DNA of 34,281 bases from a virus. Lineage: Duplodnaviria; Heunggongvirae; Uroviricota; Caudoviricetes. Positions 8,758-17,880 of this stretch are shown piece after piece. Both the position numbers and the translations under genes were made by a program. Each line of letters opens with the position of its first letter. Position 1 is the stretch's first letter. The notes under the pieces were generated by a model, which made no database searches, was not told where the DNA came from, and was given only the letters and a program-made list of their open reading frames with translations. Location: IMG/VR virus record IMGVR_UViG_2703718815_000004. One strand, written 5' to 3'.

Positions 8758-9422
8758 AAGCCAATACCAAACTCCTGCACGACCTGGTTCTTAATACCTG
8801 ACCACGATAGCGGCCCGTCTGACTGCATCCCTTTATCAAATTTATCCAGAACGCTCGCCAGCGTCTTTACTGTTTGTTCGACAGATGACAATGGTTGCTC
8901 AAATTCAATCTGCCAGGTATGCTGCACTTGCTTGTTCTGCTCAGAGAAACCGGATGTATCGATAAACGACCGCATCAGGCAACGCGTATAGATAAACGAC
9001 GGAGTCAGAACGGTGTAACAACCGCCATACTGATTATGCATATCAAGCGCCATTTTCAGCGCCGTGAACGTCATTCCCTTCGTGGTGTAGCCACCGTCCT
9101 CCGTTGATGCCGGACGGATCATCTGCATTACTACCCGATTGGGCTTCCTGACGGTCGCATTCGCTGCCGTTACCTGGTTATAGAAATTCAGGTTACAAAG
9201 ATCCTGCTGGACTAACGTTGTCCCCGCCATCGGGGTAAACGCCGCCATCGAGCGTGTGCGTATCTCGCCATGCAGCAGACCGTTCGTGATGCTTAGCCCT
9301 TCAGTCAAAACAGCAATCGGCATCACCCCGCCAGGAATTTTCGACGCTATGCCATCAACTAAAAGAATGGGCGAAACTTCAAACGCCAGTTTGAAAGCTT
9401 GTCCAAAGTAATTAAGTGACAT
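8754..9422 (-). CDS. Tail protein, hypothetical (immediately downstream of tape measure)
   Basis: 222 aa ORF, 4 nt after the tape-measure gene. Confidence 0.5.
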   Translation of the reverse strand: MSLNYFGQAFKLAFEVSPILLVDGIASKIPGGVMPIAVLTEGLSITNGLLHGEIRTRSMAAFTPMAGTTLVQQDLCNLNFYNQVTAANATVRKPNRVVMQMIRPASTEDGGYTTKGMTFTALKMALDMHNQYGGCYTVLTPSFIYTRCLMRSFIDTSGFSEQNKQVQHTWQIEFEQPLSSVEQTVKTLASVLDKFDKGMQSDGPLSWSGIKNQVVQEFGIGL

Positions 9423-9425
9423 CTT

Positions 9426-11414
9426 TTACCCCGGTATTTGTTGCGTTCCGGCGAGTTGTGCCAGTATGTCGGAACCCGGCGATTGTCGCACCTGAAGCTC
9501 AATTATTGCGCGGGCATTTTTGCCAGCACCCTGAAGGTTATCTCTGGCATTTCTTAGCTGATTCATAATACCAGGGTGTTGATCCAGGGCTCCCTGAATC
9601 TGAGGCAATAATTTAATTAAATATTTTACAGTCTCCATTCTCAAACTTAGATTTCCATCTCTATCAATACGACCTCCGTTATATGCCGTAAGCATTTTTG
9701 CCACATCGCCTTTATAACGCCGATTCAGATCATTTAAAAAGCGGCCAGCCGCAAGAGTGGATTTATTTGGGTCATAAACATCATCACCCACCAGACCATA
9801 CTGTTTTGCGGTGCTATCCCAGAATTGCCACAACCCCTTAGCGAATCTACCTTTTTCATCAGGAGTTCCTCTTGCCAGAGGATTCCACGAAGATTCAACT
9901 TCTGCGATAGCTGACATCATATTTTTAGGAAGTCGATAAGTATTATTGGCTTGCTCTACAAAGTTCTGAATATTTCTCTTTAAATCATTAGGCATACGGT
10001 AATTTTTATATACATCATCCTGTTTATAAAACTCACCCGTATACTGATTTGTCATCGGGTTTGCTCCCGGCAACGCACCACCGAGATATTTATTTCCAAA
10101 TGCCGCAAGAACTGGATCTGCCTGTTCAGCACCAACTCCGGTTCCGGGGAGATATTTATCTTCCCCACCGATCCATTTGATAGCTGACCATATTGCTTTT
10201 GCAATCCGGCTCACCGCCAGAGAAAAATCGTCAAGATCATTTTTAAATTGTTCGCTATTCAGCCACTTACCAAGTTTCTCCAGCCCTTCGCCAGCCTCAG
10301 CGAGAATTTTCTGAAAATTTCCACCATTCAGAAAACCTTCAATATTGGATGTCAGCCCATCAGATGCACCTGTGATTAGTGGGTTATATCTGGCGAGAGC
10401 TGCATACCAGGAATTTGATATTCTGTTTCCATTTACCATCAGGTTACTCACCGTATCCTGATAACCTGACTGCATAGCTGGCGTGAGGTAAGCACCGAGC
10501 AACCTAGTATTTGATGCAAATCTCTCGTTCAGTTGGGGGATCTTGTCCAGATTCGCTTCCACCTGGTTAGTTGTCGCGACATCAACAAATCCAAGCCCTT
10601 GTCCGTTGAGAATCCCCTGAGTAAGTCCTGAACCTTTATATTGCTTAACGAGAGATGCAAGCGCGCTCATAAGTTTGGGCAGATTCTTTGCTGCACCATC
10701 TCGAGGATCAATTCCAAGACTGACCAGACCAGCATAGTTTGGATCATTTGGATTTTTCTGTGCGTTCGCCAGATGCTGAACCAGTTCTTCTGTGCCAGAA
10801 AAATATGGCGAATAGGTGGCACGTGCGGCCTGCATCTGTGCGGTTTCCATACCCAGCCCCTGAGCCACGCTGTATTGCGCTGCAACCTTGCTCGCCATAT
10901 ATCCGTACCCGAAAGCACCGACCGAACCAAGCGCCGCAATTTTGCTCCCCCAGGATACAGTCGTTTTAAACAGCGTTTTCAGTCGTGAATTGGTCGTTTT
11001 AAGCGTTGAATTGATCTGCTTGTAAGTTTTCAGCGTCCCCTGAGCGTTTTTACCCAGACTACTGAGATACTTATCAAACATCGTTTCGCCGCGACCTTTA
11101 TAGTTGCTCACCAGCGAATCAGGTGTTTTTCCGCTACCGACAAAGCGCCCTTTTTCATCCCTTAAACGTCCATCGGTGGGCGCAGCCGGAACTGGCGCAG
11201 GTGAAGATGGTTTCCTGGGAGCCTGATTGGCTTCTCCGCCCGCAGTTGCCTGCTGCGTGCCACCTCCTGGACCTGTATTTGAAGGTATTTTAAGCGGCGT
11301 CCCTGCAGGGCCAATCATCAGCCCATTGCGATACTTTTCAAATATCGCCTCAAGTCGCTTAAGGTGTTCTTCATTAACATCCAGTGTCAGAACCGGCATC
11401 TGATTACCTGACAT
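9426..11414 (-). CDS. Tail tape-measure-like protein with a lytic transglycosylase (SLT) domain
   Basis: 662 aa. Segment AIAEVESSWNPLARGTPDEKGRFAKGLWQFWDSTAKQYG...LNDLNRRYKGDVAKMLTAYNGG matches the SLT catalytic-domain pattern. Follows the frameshifted chaperone pair. Confidence 0.7.
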   Translation of the reverse strand: MSGNQMPVLTLDVNEEHLKRLEAIFEKYRNGLMIGPAGTPLKIPSNTGPGGGTQQATAGGEANQAPRKPSSPAPVPAAPTDGRLRDEKGRFVGSGKTPDSLVSNYKGRGETMFDKYLSSLGKNAQGTLKTYKQINSTLKTTNSRLKTLFKTTVSWGSKIAALGSVGAFGYGYMASKVAAQYSVAQGLGMETAQMQAARATYSPYFSGTEELVQHLANAQKNPNDPNYAGLVSLGIDPRDGAAKNLPKLMSALASLVKQYKGSGLTQGILNGQGLGFVDVATTNQVEANLDKIPQLNERFASNTRLLGAYLTPAMQSGYQDTVSNLMVNGNRISNSWYAALARYNPLITGASDGLTSNIEGFLNGGNFQKILAEAGEGLEKLGKWLNSEQFKNDLDDFSLAVSRIAKAIWSAIKWIGGEDKYLPGTGVGAEQADPVLAAFGNKYLGGALPGANPMTNQYTGEFYKQDDVYKNYRMPNDLKRNIQNFVEQANNTYRLPKNMMSAIAEVESSWNPLARGTPDEKGRFAKGLWQFWDSTAKQYGLVGDDVYDPNKSTLAAGRFLNDLNRRYKGDVAKMLTAYNGGRIDRDGNLSLRMETVKYLIKLLPQIQGALDQHPGIMNQLRNARDNLQGAGKNARAIIELQVRQSPGSDILAQLAGTQQIPG

Positions 11415-11706
11415 TCAATACCCCTCCCGTCGTCGTGCATTTACGCAGCTCACGAAACTGAGCTGCTGTTTTTACATTCAGACCGGAATTTGCCCAGATG
11501 TCGCTGAATCCGTCTCCGGCTGAGTAGTCGAGGATGTCGCTGATAACGTGCTCGCCGTCGCGCCAGAACTGGCGACAGGCTTCAATGTCGGCAATGAAGC
11601 AATCCATTCCGTAAGACTCAAGGATGAAGTGCGACTGTTCCACATTCCACTGACTACCAGCATCATCTGTTCCGTCTGCTCCGGTGTGTTTATCGACGAG
11701 ACGCAT
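11404..11706 (-). CDS. -1 frame extension ORF of the tail assembly chaperone (GT-like product via programmed frameshift)
   Basis: Overlaps 11478-11706 in the -1 frame relative to the chaperone; the overlap begins at the T8 run (plus-strand A8 at 11709-11716). Confidence 0.4.
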   Translation of the reverse strand: MRLVDKHTGADGTDDAGSQWNVEQSHFILESYGMDCFIADIEACRQFWRDGEHVISDILDYSAGDGFSDIWANSGLNVKTAAQFRELRKCTTTGGVLNVR

Positions 11707-12095
11707 GTAAAAAAAACGAGTTCACCTGCCACATCATCAAATTCAACGATGCCGCGCTCCAGCGCCATATCAAGCGGAATCGTGTCGTAGCCTTTCCCTT
11801 CGACTGGGTAAACCAGATTCGCAAGGCGAATGATTTCATTCACGAGCGTATTGCGAACGCCCTTTTCGCCATCCCAGATATTCATATCTGAGGAGATCCG
11901 TTCCAGCATAAGGCAGGCGATACGCGGCCCCGAAACGACGCCAAGACCTTCAGAAAAAATGGCAGAAAAGGTTTTACTCAGGATGAAGAAATGCTCTTTA
12001 AACACCTCTTTGCTGATCGGCGTGGCGTGAATCCAGGCTTTACCTTTCTCGGTCTGGACAGGAATAATCAGGTTTAAATTTCGCGCGATTTTCAT
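11478..12095 (-). CDS. Tail assembly chaperone (G-like), zero-frame product
   Basis: ATG at 12095 (track start is 12107); lies between the tube-like and tape-measure genes. Contains a U UUU UUU slippery run. Confidence 0.55.
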   Translation of the reverse strand: MKIARNLNLIIPVQTEKGKAWIHATPISKEVFKEHFFILSKTFSAIFSEGLGVVSGPRIACLMLERISSDMNIWDGEKGVRNTLVNEIIRLANLVYPVEGKGYDTIPLDMALERGIVEFDDVAGELVFFTCVSSINTPEQTEQMMLVVSGMWNSRTSSLSLTEWIASLPTLKPVASSGATASTLSATSSTTQPETDSATSGQIPV

Positions 12096-12535
12096 ACCAA
12101 ATCCCACATTTCAGAGTTGATGTAATACGTACCGGTAATGGTGATGGCCACACCCGGCTCGCCCCCGGCGAAGGTCATATCCTGCACGTTGGTGATCGCC
12201 GTGTTATAGATATCGAAGTCACCAAACACCGTGCTGTCGCTATACACTTTTGCGTCGCCGATCGTGGCGTTTTTTTCCCATTGCGCCTTGAATTGTTTTC
12301 CCAGCGCCTGGCTACGCAGCAGATGAACACGCGCCTGTAAAATCATGTATGGCTGCGGCGACTGCACGGCTCCCGTCATGGCGGGTAAAAACTCCGTGAT
12401 ATTGCCCTGAAAGGACAATTCGACGCCTTCTTTTGCCAGAAATGAGGCGGACACATTCAGTTCGGAATGAGAGGTGAATTTAACGCTGGCGCGAACCCGG
12501 TTAAGGGTGCCAACGGGGATCATTGGATTAGGCAC
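12092..12535 (-). CDS. Tail tube protein (putative)
   Basis: 147 aa ORF between the sheath-like gene and the chaperone; the order sheath-tube-chaperone-tape measure is the canonical myovirus arrangement. Confidence 0.5.
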   Translation of the reverse strand: MPNPMIPVGTLNRVRASVKFTSHSELNVSASFLAKEGVELSFQGNITEFLPAMTGAVQSPQPYMILQARVHLLRSQALGKQFKAQWEKNATIGDAKVYSDSTVFGDFDIYNTAITNVQDMTFAGGEPGVAITITGTYYINSEMWDLV

Positions 12536-12546
12536 GGTTCAGTCCC

Positions 12547-13884
12547 TCACGAAAGCTGCATTGTCACATTGATGTTAAAAATGATTTCGACAAATCCGCG
12601 CATCGGAGTATAGGAGGCCGAAAGGCCTGCATAACGCCCGATACCGTAATCATTCGGATTAGTGTTGATATACTGGCGGAAAGGCACTGCATCGACGACA
12701 GGCTGGCCGTTGACCAGGCCGTAAGATACGCCCGTATTGAACACCGCCTGTGCGACCTGCTGTAGACGGTCGATCCCGTCCTGGTTGTAGTAAAGCGGGT
12801 TAATTGGGTTATTGCTGCCGTTGATCACCGTGTTGGCGAGCTGCATATCGACGTTAATCTGCACCCAGTCCACGGAATACCAGTACGTCATATCGTTACC
12901 GTCACTGGTAACGCCTTTCACCAGAATCGTGTTGGAAATTCCACCCTCAGCCCCCGTGTCGACGTAGTTAATATTCTGCTTTGTCATCGTGGCCAGAATG
13001 GAATTTTTGCCCTTGTGGGCGTTTACCGCCTGCAGATAGCGAAATGCCATCGGCGGCACCTTGTTGATTTCTGAAGGTGATGCGGAAACATAGTTCCACA
13101 TTACGGCTGCTGCCGCGTTTGTCGCCGGGTACGTATCATCCGCCGTTGCAATAACCGACTTAATACCGGCATAAGGCGAAACGTAATTCGTGTCGTCCGG
13201 CGTTTTCGTCAGCACGAAGAAATACTGCATCGCTTCGTTGGCGGTGTGGAGTTTTGCCAGACTGATAAATTCTGCGTCACCATCCCACGGCTGCGGCACC
13301 AGATACGCATAAAAACGCAGGAGCGGATCTTCCATATAAGCTTTCAGTGCAGCGATTTCCTTACTGACCCCGCCTTTCTGTACTCCCAGCTCCAGCAGGT
13401 AAATCCCGACTGAATTTCCCTGGGCAAAAAACGTGTTTACTGCCGTCACCAGATTTTCACTGCCGACAATGGAAAACTGCCCCAGTGTCACTGGCGAACC
13501 GGAAAGCTGAGAATCAGCAATCGTCCAGGTCAGTGTTTTTTCATCCGTGACGGTAGCAGTATATTCGCCATTCCACGCGTCGGGCGAACACCCGGACACC
13601 ACAATTTTCACCTCAGAACTGTTTTCGCGTCGGATGTTACTCCCTTCCGGAAGCGTCATCGTAACGGTGACGTTTGTCGCAGATTTTCCTGCGGCAGCCG
13701 CCGACAACGCAGCAATCGGATTTTTAACCAGATCGTTAATATCCTGATTGCTGGTGAGTAATACAGGCTTCCCCGGCTCATGAGTCGTGGAGCCAAACGA
13801 GAGAACCGCAGACATCTGCTGCAAATTCGAGGGTATGGCCCCGATGGTCTGGGACACATTCACCGTGACGATATTAAATCCCAT
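12547..13884 (-). CDS. Tail sheath protein (putative)
   Basis: 445 aa ORF in the position preceding the tube gene. Confidence 0.5.
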   Translation of the reverse strand: MGFNIVTVNVSQTIGAIPSNLQQMSAVLSFGSTTHEPGKPVLLTSNQDINDLVKNPIAALSAAAAGKSATNVTVTMTLPEGSNIRRENSSEVKIVVSGCSPDAWNGEYTATVTDEKTLTWTIADSQLSGSPVTLGQFSIVGSENLVTAVNTFFAQGNSVGIYLLELGVQKGGVSKEIAALKAYMEDPLLRFYAYLVPQPWDGDAEFISLAKLHTANEAMQYFFVLTKTPDDTNYVSPYAGIKSVIATADDTYPATNAAAAVMWNYVSASPSEINKVPPMAFRYLQAVNAHKGKNSILATMTKQNINYVDTGAEGGISNTILVKGVTSDGNDMTYWYSVDWVQINVDMQLANTVINGSNNPINPLYYNQDGIDRLQQVAQAVFNTGVSYGLVNGQPVVDAVPFRQYINTNPNDYGIGRYAGLSASYTPMRGFVEIIFNINVTMQLS

Positions 13885-14828
13885 TATTTAACCTCATATT
13901 TACAAATAACTTTTTCAATCAACTGCCGGGATATTTCCCGGGCGGTGCTCTGGTAGTAATTCACGTCAAAATCGACTATCTTTTTCTTCGCCAGAGCGTT
14001 GATTTCAACCTGTCCCGACTTTGCGTCCTGAACCACCGGAATATTGGTTACACCAAACCTTTCCTCCTCCAGCGCCCTGTTCACCACCGAGTCGACAAGA
14101 TCCAGCGCCATTTTGTTGCTGAATCCGTAAAGCGTCAGGCGAACCGAATCCTGGACGAGCTGAAACCGCTCACCGCCGAAAACAACGGGAGCCACCTGCA
14201 AAGGAATACTGTTGCGAACATCCACCGCGATATACGGAGGACGAAGGTTCTGCGGTACCAGGTAAGACGGATACACGGTCGCGGCATCTTTCATTTGCAG
14301 CCAGATCGGGATGCTGTTGGAGATGATCTGCTCGTCGCTGATATCCTCCTCGCAGTCGATAATCTGAGAGCGCATGGTTGGTAAAATCGCCATACCGCGA
14401 TAATGAAAAATACCCGACTGCTGATAACGGCTCTCCATTCGTGAAAAAGCAAACTGGACGCCGCCATACTCACCGAGATAGATCGCATCGGGATTTTCCA
14501 CATTAAAATCATCAACCTGCTGAACAGGCGTGAAAATAATGTTGTTCACATCCTTCGAGACAGACTCGTCCTGAATCGCAATAACCTGACGATGCAGACT
14601 GCCTTTGATTTTCAGACGAGTTGGTGACTCAATATTCAGGCGACACAGTTCATCGCAACTGATGATTTCCGCATTAACCCAATAGACAAAACCATCCAGC
14701 GGCAGAACCTGCCGGACATAGAGCCTGAACGTGATTTCCTGGTCTGACGAGATGGTTTCAACTGCGGATTTAAGAACGGACGAGAGCTGCGAACTGTGCT
14801 GTTCGGCTAATTCCTCAAGACTCGGCAT
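13884..14828 (-). CDS. Virion structural protein, hypothetical (head-tail joining region)
   Basis: 314 aa ORF coupled to its neighbours. Confidence 0.5.
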   Translation of the reverse strand: MPSLEELAEQHSSQLSSVLKSAVETISSDQEITFRLYVRQVLPLDGFVYWVNAEIISCDELCRLNIESPTRLKIKGSLHRQVIAIQDESVSKDVNNIIFTPVQQVDDFNVENPDAIYLGEYGGVQFAFSRMESRYQQSGIFHYRGMAILPTMRSQIIDCEEDISDEQIISNSIPIWLQMKDAATVYPSYLVPQNLRPPYIAVDVRNSIPLQVAPVVFGGERFQLVQDSVRLTLYGFSNKMALDLVDSVVNRALEEERFGVTNIPVVQDAKSGQVEINALAKKKIVDFDVNYYQSTAREISRQLIEKVICKYEVK

Positions 14829-15255
14829 TGTTATCTATCCACGCTATAAAACTGCCCTTAAACAGGCCGCCATCTATGAATGACGGGCGTCGTATCCCGG
14901 TATATTTATCTTTTAACCGGGAATTAACCCCCCTTCGGGCGGCCCAGGTTGGGATCTCATTCCCATTAATTGTCATCCCGGCCATCTCTTCTGCTTCCAG
15001 AAAACGGTGAAAAATACCGCGGGTATCGCCCATCACCTGCATGGCAGGCAATGGGGCTTTGCGTTTCAGGTGGTTAACCAGTTGATAAGCCAGCATCTCG
15101 CCTGCCTCCTGGATAATCTCGTCCTTATGCATTTCCCAGAAGTGCGTAAAAATTTCGTATCGCTCCTCGAGGTCACAGGCCACGTCAAACGTGGTTTTTC
15201 CCGGTTCGTCGCCGTAGTCATACGGCTTGTCGATAACCCCAAAACAAAGTTTCAT
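14815..15255 (-). CDS. Virion morphogenesis protein, hypothetical
   Basis: ATG at 15255 overlaps the upstream stop (ATGA); track start is 15270. Confidence 0.45.
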   Translation of the reverse strand: MKLCFGVIDKPYDYGDEPGKTTFDVACDLEERYEIFTHFWEMHKDEIIQEAGEMLAYQLVNHLKRKAPLPAMQVMGDTRGIFHRFLEAEEMAGMTINGNEIPTWAARRGVNSRLKDKYTGIRRPSFIDGGLFKGSFIAWIDNNAES

Positions 15256-15692
15256 GGCGTGTACCCCCATACCGTACCCATCTGCATCAGCACCGCAACA
15301 ACCTGTCGTCCATACGGATCCTGTAACATCTGCAAATCCAGCAAAGACAGATTACTCAGCGCGTCGCTGATGGTGATCGAACCCGATGTCCCCTGGTCTG
15401 CTGCCGCGCTGACAAGCCCGGTAGCCAGTTTCCCAAGGTTGAGTTTTTTTCTCAGGTCGGCAAACCACGAGCCGGGAGCGAAATTCAGGAGAAATGAGGC
15501 GGCAGCGTTATAAACCGTTCGCACATAGATGATGGGTAAACGCTCCAGCCCCTGATCGTGAGGGATTAGCTCCATCGCAGACTGAAAGCAACATTCCAGC
15601 GTCGGATCATCGTCAGCAATAGCGTGAACCGGTACTTTCATGTCGTCACGAACAAAGCGAATAAACCCCTCCAGTGACGGACGCAGGGTCAT
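15252..15692 (-). CDS. Virion morphogenesis protein, hypothetical
   Basis: 146 aa ORF within the head-tail connector region. Confidence 0.45.
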   Translation of the reverse strand: MTLRPSLEGFIRFVRDDMKVPVHAIADDDPTLECCFQSAMELIPHDQGLERLPIIYVRTVYNAAASFLLNFAPGSWFADLRKKLNLGKLATGLVSAAADQGTSGSITISDALSNLSLLDLQMLQDPYGRQVVAVLMQMGTVWGYTP

Positions 15693-16162
15693 TATTTTTT
15701 AACCTTAATATTTCGCTTTGTGCTGGGCGGATTTTCCTGTTCGGTGTTAACCGCTTCCCCGGTAATTTCCATTTCAATACCACCTGGTTGAGGTTTTTCG
15801 CCACTCTGAATCACTGCCTGATCCACTGCGTTATTCAGCGATACGGCGCTGGCTGCGAGAATTTCTTCTGACAGGGATTCCAGATTTTCCGTTTTCTGCT
15901 CCGCGCAATCCTCAATGCGACCGACGCTCACAGGTTTATCGATGGAATAGCAGATACCGGAAAAATTCTTGTCCACCTTGTCACAACGCTGGAATCCGTA
16001 AGGCTCATGCTGTCGGATGATGTGGTCGATAATATCGGACTGATTTTCGATCATATGCTGACGTCCGGACGGAATTGTCACACCGAACGACTGCGTTTTT
16101 TCGGGGAGTTTGTAGTTGAACGTGTGCGGCTGACGTGAGCAGTTAGCGATGTAGAGCTTCAT
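15692..16162 (-). CDS. Head-associated protein, hypothetical
   Basis: ATG at 16162 (track start 16177 is TTG); immediately after the capsid-gene terminator. Confidence 0.45.
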   Translation of the reverse strand: MKLYIANCSRQPHTFNYKLPEKTQSFGVTIPSGRQHMIENQSDIIDHIIRQHEPYGFQRCDKVDKNFSGICYSIDKPVSVGRIEDCAEQKTENLESLSEEILAASAVSLNNAVDQAVIQSGEKPQPGGIEMEITGEAVNTEQENPPSTKRNIKVKK

Positions 16163-16170
16163 AAATTTTT

Positions 16171-16200
16171 CCCACAAAAAAGGGGAGCATTTAGCTCCCC
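16171..16200 (-). terminator. Intrinsic terminator/attenuator downstream of the major capsid gene
   Basis: Perfect 7-bp stem ggggagc/gctcccc with a 5-nt loop, followed on the minus strand by TTTTTTGTGGG. Confidence 0.5.
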
Positions 16201-16219
16201 GCGTTATCAGGTTGAACGT

Positions 16220-17248
16220 TTATGCGTATTTGGCAGACAACAGGGTGATCCCCTCCGGGCGGAAGTTCCAGCCCGGCGTCGCGCGCATGGTATACAACGT
16301 GGTCAGGCCGCCATCCGGCATAGGGGACGGAATTTCCGTCGGCGCTGCCATATCACAGAACATCACGTTGACGGCCTGCTGGTTAGGTACCAGCGTGGAG
16401 AAAATATTGGTGTTAATGGTGTGACGCGCTTCCGGAACCTCAATCGTCGGGTTCGTAACGATGATCAGGTCATTACCACCAGCGCCTTTACCGATCAGCG
16501 TGTCGTCCTGGCAGAAAATGATGTCGTCGCCTGTCGCCTTATCGGCGACGTCTTTAACCACCGTCCCCACAGTTCCGGTACCACCACCAGGACGCTGGTA
16601 ACTGGTCAGCTCAACAATTCCTGTCCACTCCAGCGCCTTCATGAATCGCTGCGGACTCAGAATGACAGTCGTTAATGGCTGCCCCAGCAGCAACATGCGG
16701 GTTTTCTGGTCAGCAATCAGGCCAAGCATAAATTTAGCCATCTCGCCGGAATCCCAGGTGGTGTAAGAATCATTGCCTTTGCTGTCGTTGCCCAGATTCA
16801 GCGTCACTGCGTTCGGGGAGTTGGTGATCCCCTCGTTATTAGCTGCATTCACGCCATACAGCAGCATATTACGCAACATTTGAGCGTGTCCCTGACGGTT
16901 AGCCAGGCGCAGGCCTTCAATCAGAGAATAGCCCCAGCGATCTGCTGCATCAGTATCGAGATAGCTGTATTGCGAGCGGGAAGAAATTCGGTAAGTCATC
17001 ATCCCGTCATAGCCACCAGAGATACTGGAAGACGGTAACTGGCCCGGCAGAGACTGGCTGACCTGCGCCTGCGAGGTCATGCGCAGATATTTCTGATAGA
17101 CCATCAAATCACTGGAACTGATTTTTACTGCCGGAGCACCGCCAGCCAGGACTTCAAACGCCCCGGAAGCCATGCTCTGTTGCACGATCATTTCCGGCAG
17201 CACCATTGACGGCGACACAATAGTAGTCGCAGGAGTAAATGCGCTCAT
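16220..17248 (-). CDS. Major capsid protein (putative)
   Basis: 342 aa; position after the scaffold-like gene and a 205 aa ORF; followed by a strong terminator, typical of capsid genes. Confidence 0.55.
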   Translation of the reverse strand: MSAFTPATTIVSPSMVLPEMIVQQSMASGAFEVLAGGAPAVKISSSDLMVYQKYLRMTSQAQVSQSLPGQLPSSSISGGYDGMMTYRISSRSQYSYLDTDAADRWGYSLIEGLRLANRQGHAQMLRNMLLYGVNAANNEGITNSPNAVTLNLGNDSKGNDSYTTWDSGEMAKFMLGLIADQKTRMLLLGQPLTTVILSPQRFMKALEWTGIVELTSYQRPGGGTGTVGTVVKDVADKATGDDIIFCQDDTLIGKGAGGNDLIIVTNPTIEVPEARHTINTNIFSTLVPNQQAVNVMFCDMAAPTEIPSPMPDGGLTTLYTMRATPGWNFRPEGITLLSAKYA

Positions 17249-17262
17249 TAATTAATATCCCC

Positions 17263-17880
17263 TTAAATTAAAAACAGGCCGCACGGTTTGCCGATTTCCC
17301 AGACAACGTTACCGCCATCCTCTTTTTTCACCGTCAGGTTTCCGTCAACTGAAACCATCAGCAGCTTAATATCCACTTTCGGATTAGCGCCGGGTGATCC
17401 TGAATAAACATCAACCATGTTTTTCGTCAGATCCCACACAAAACCACTGGCAGCAACGGTGTTATTTCCATCAGCCAGCGCAACAACTTCTGCACTGACA
17501 GGGAGAGGAATGCGGGCACCTGAGCCAACGCGGTAATAGTGAACAAAGCCACCCGCGAGATATAACGGCACCGGATTATCCGGCGTGGTAATGCCATGAA
17601 ATGCCTGATTAAAGACAGTAAAGGCGTTACAGGCGTCCTTCGTGGCTTGTTTAATTACCGCGCCGTTAACGCTGTCTTTCGCGGGAGCAATGCACTCCAT
17701 AACTCCAACGCCACCCCATACCGGTTCAGTGATTTTGCTGTCCAGTCTACCGGAGCAAAGTTGCAGACGAATTGTCGGATCATCCTGCGCATCCCCCTGC
17801 ATCAGCCCACGGGATTCGACGTTAAAAAGGCCACCAAATGCCCCACGGTTTTTAAACGGATGAAAGTTAATATCAGCCAT
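17263..17880 (-). CDS. Head protein, hypothetical (decoration or accessory)
   Basis: 205 aa ORF between the scaffold-like and capsid genes. Confidence 0.45.
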   Translation of the reverse strand: MADINFHPFKNRGAFGGLFNVESRGLMQGDAQDDPTIRLQLCSGRLDSKITEPVWGGVGVMECIAPAKDSVNGAVIKQATKDACNAFTVFNQAFHGITTPDNPVPLYLAGGFVHYYRVGSGARIPLPVSAEVVALADGNNTVAASGFVWDLTKNMVDVYSGSPGANPKVDIKLLMVSVDGNLTVKKEDGGNVVWEIGKPCGLFLI

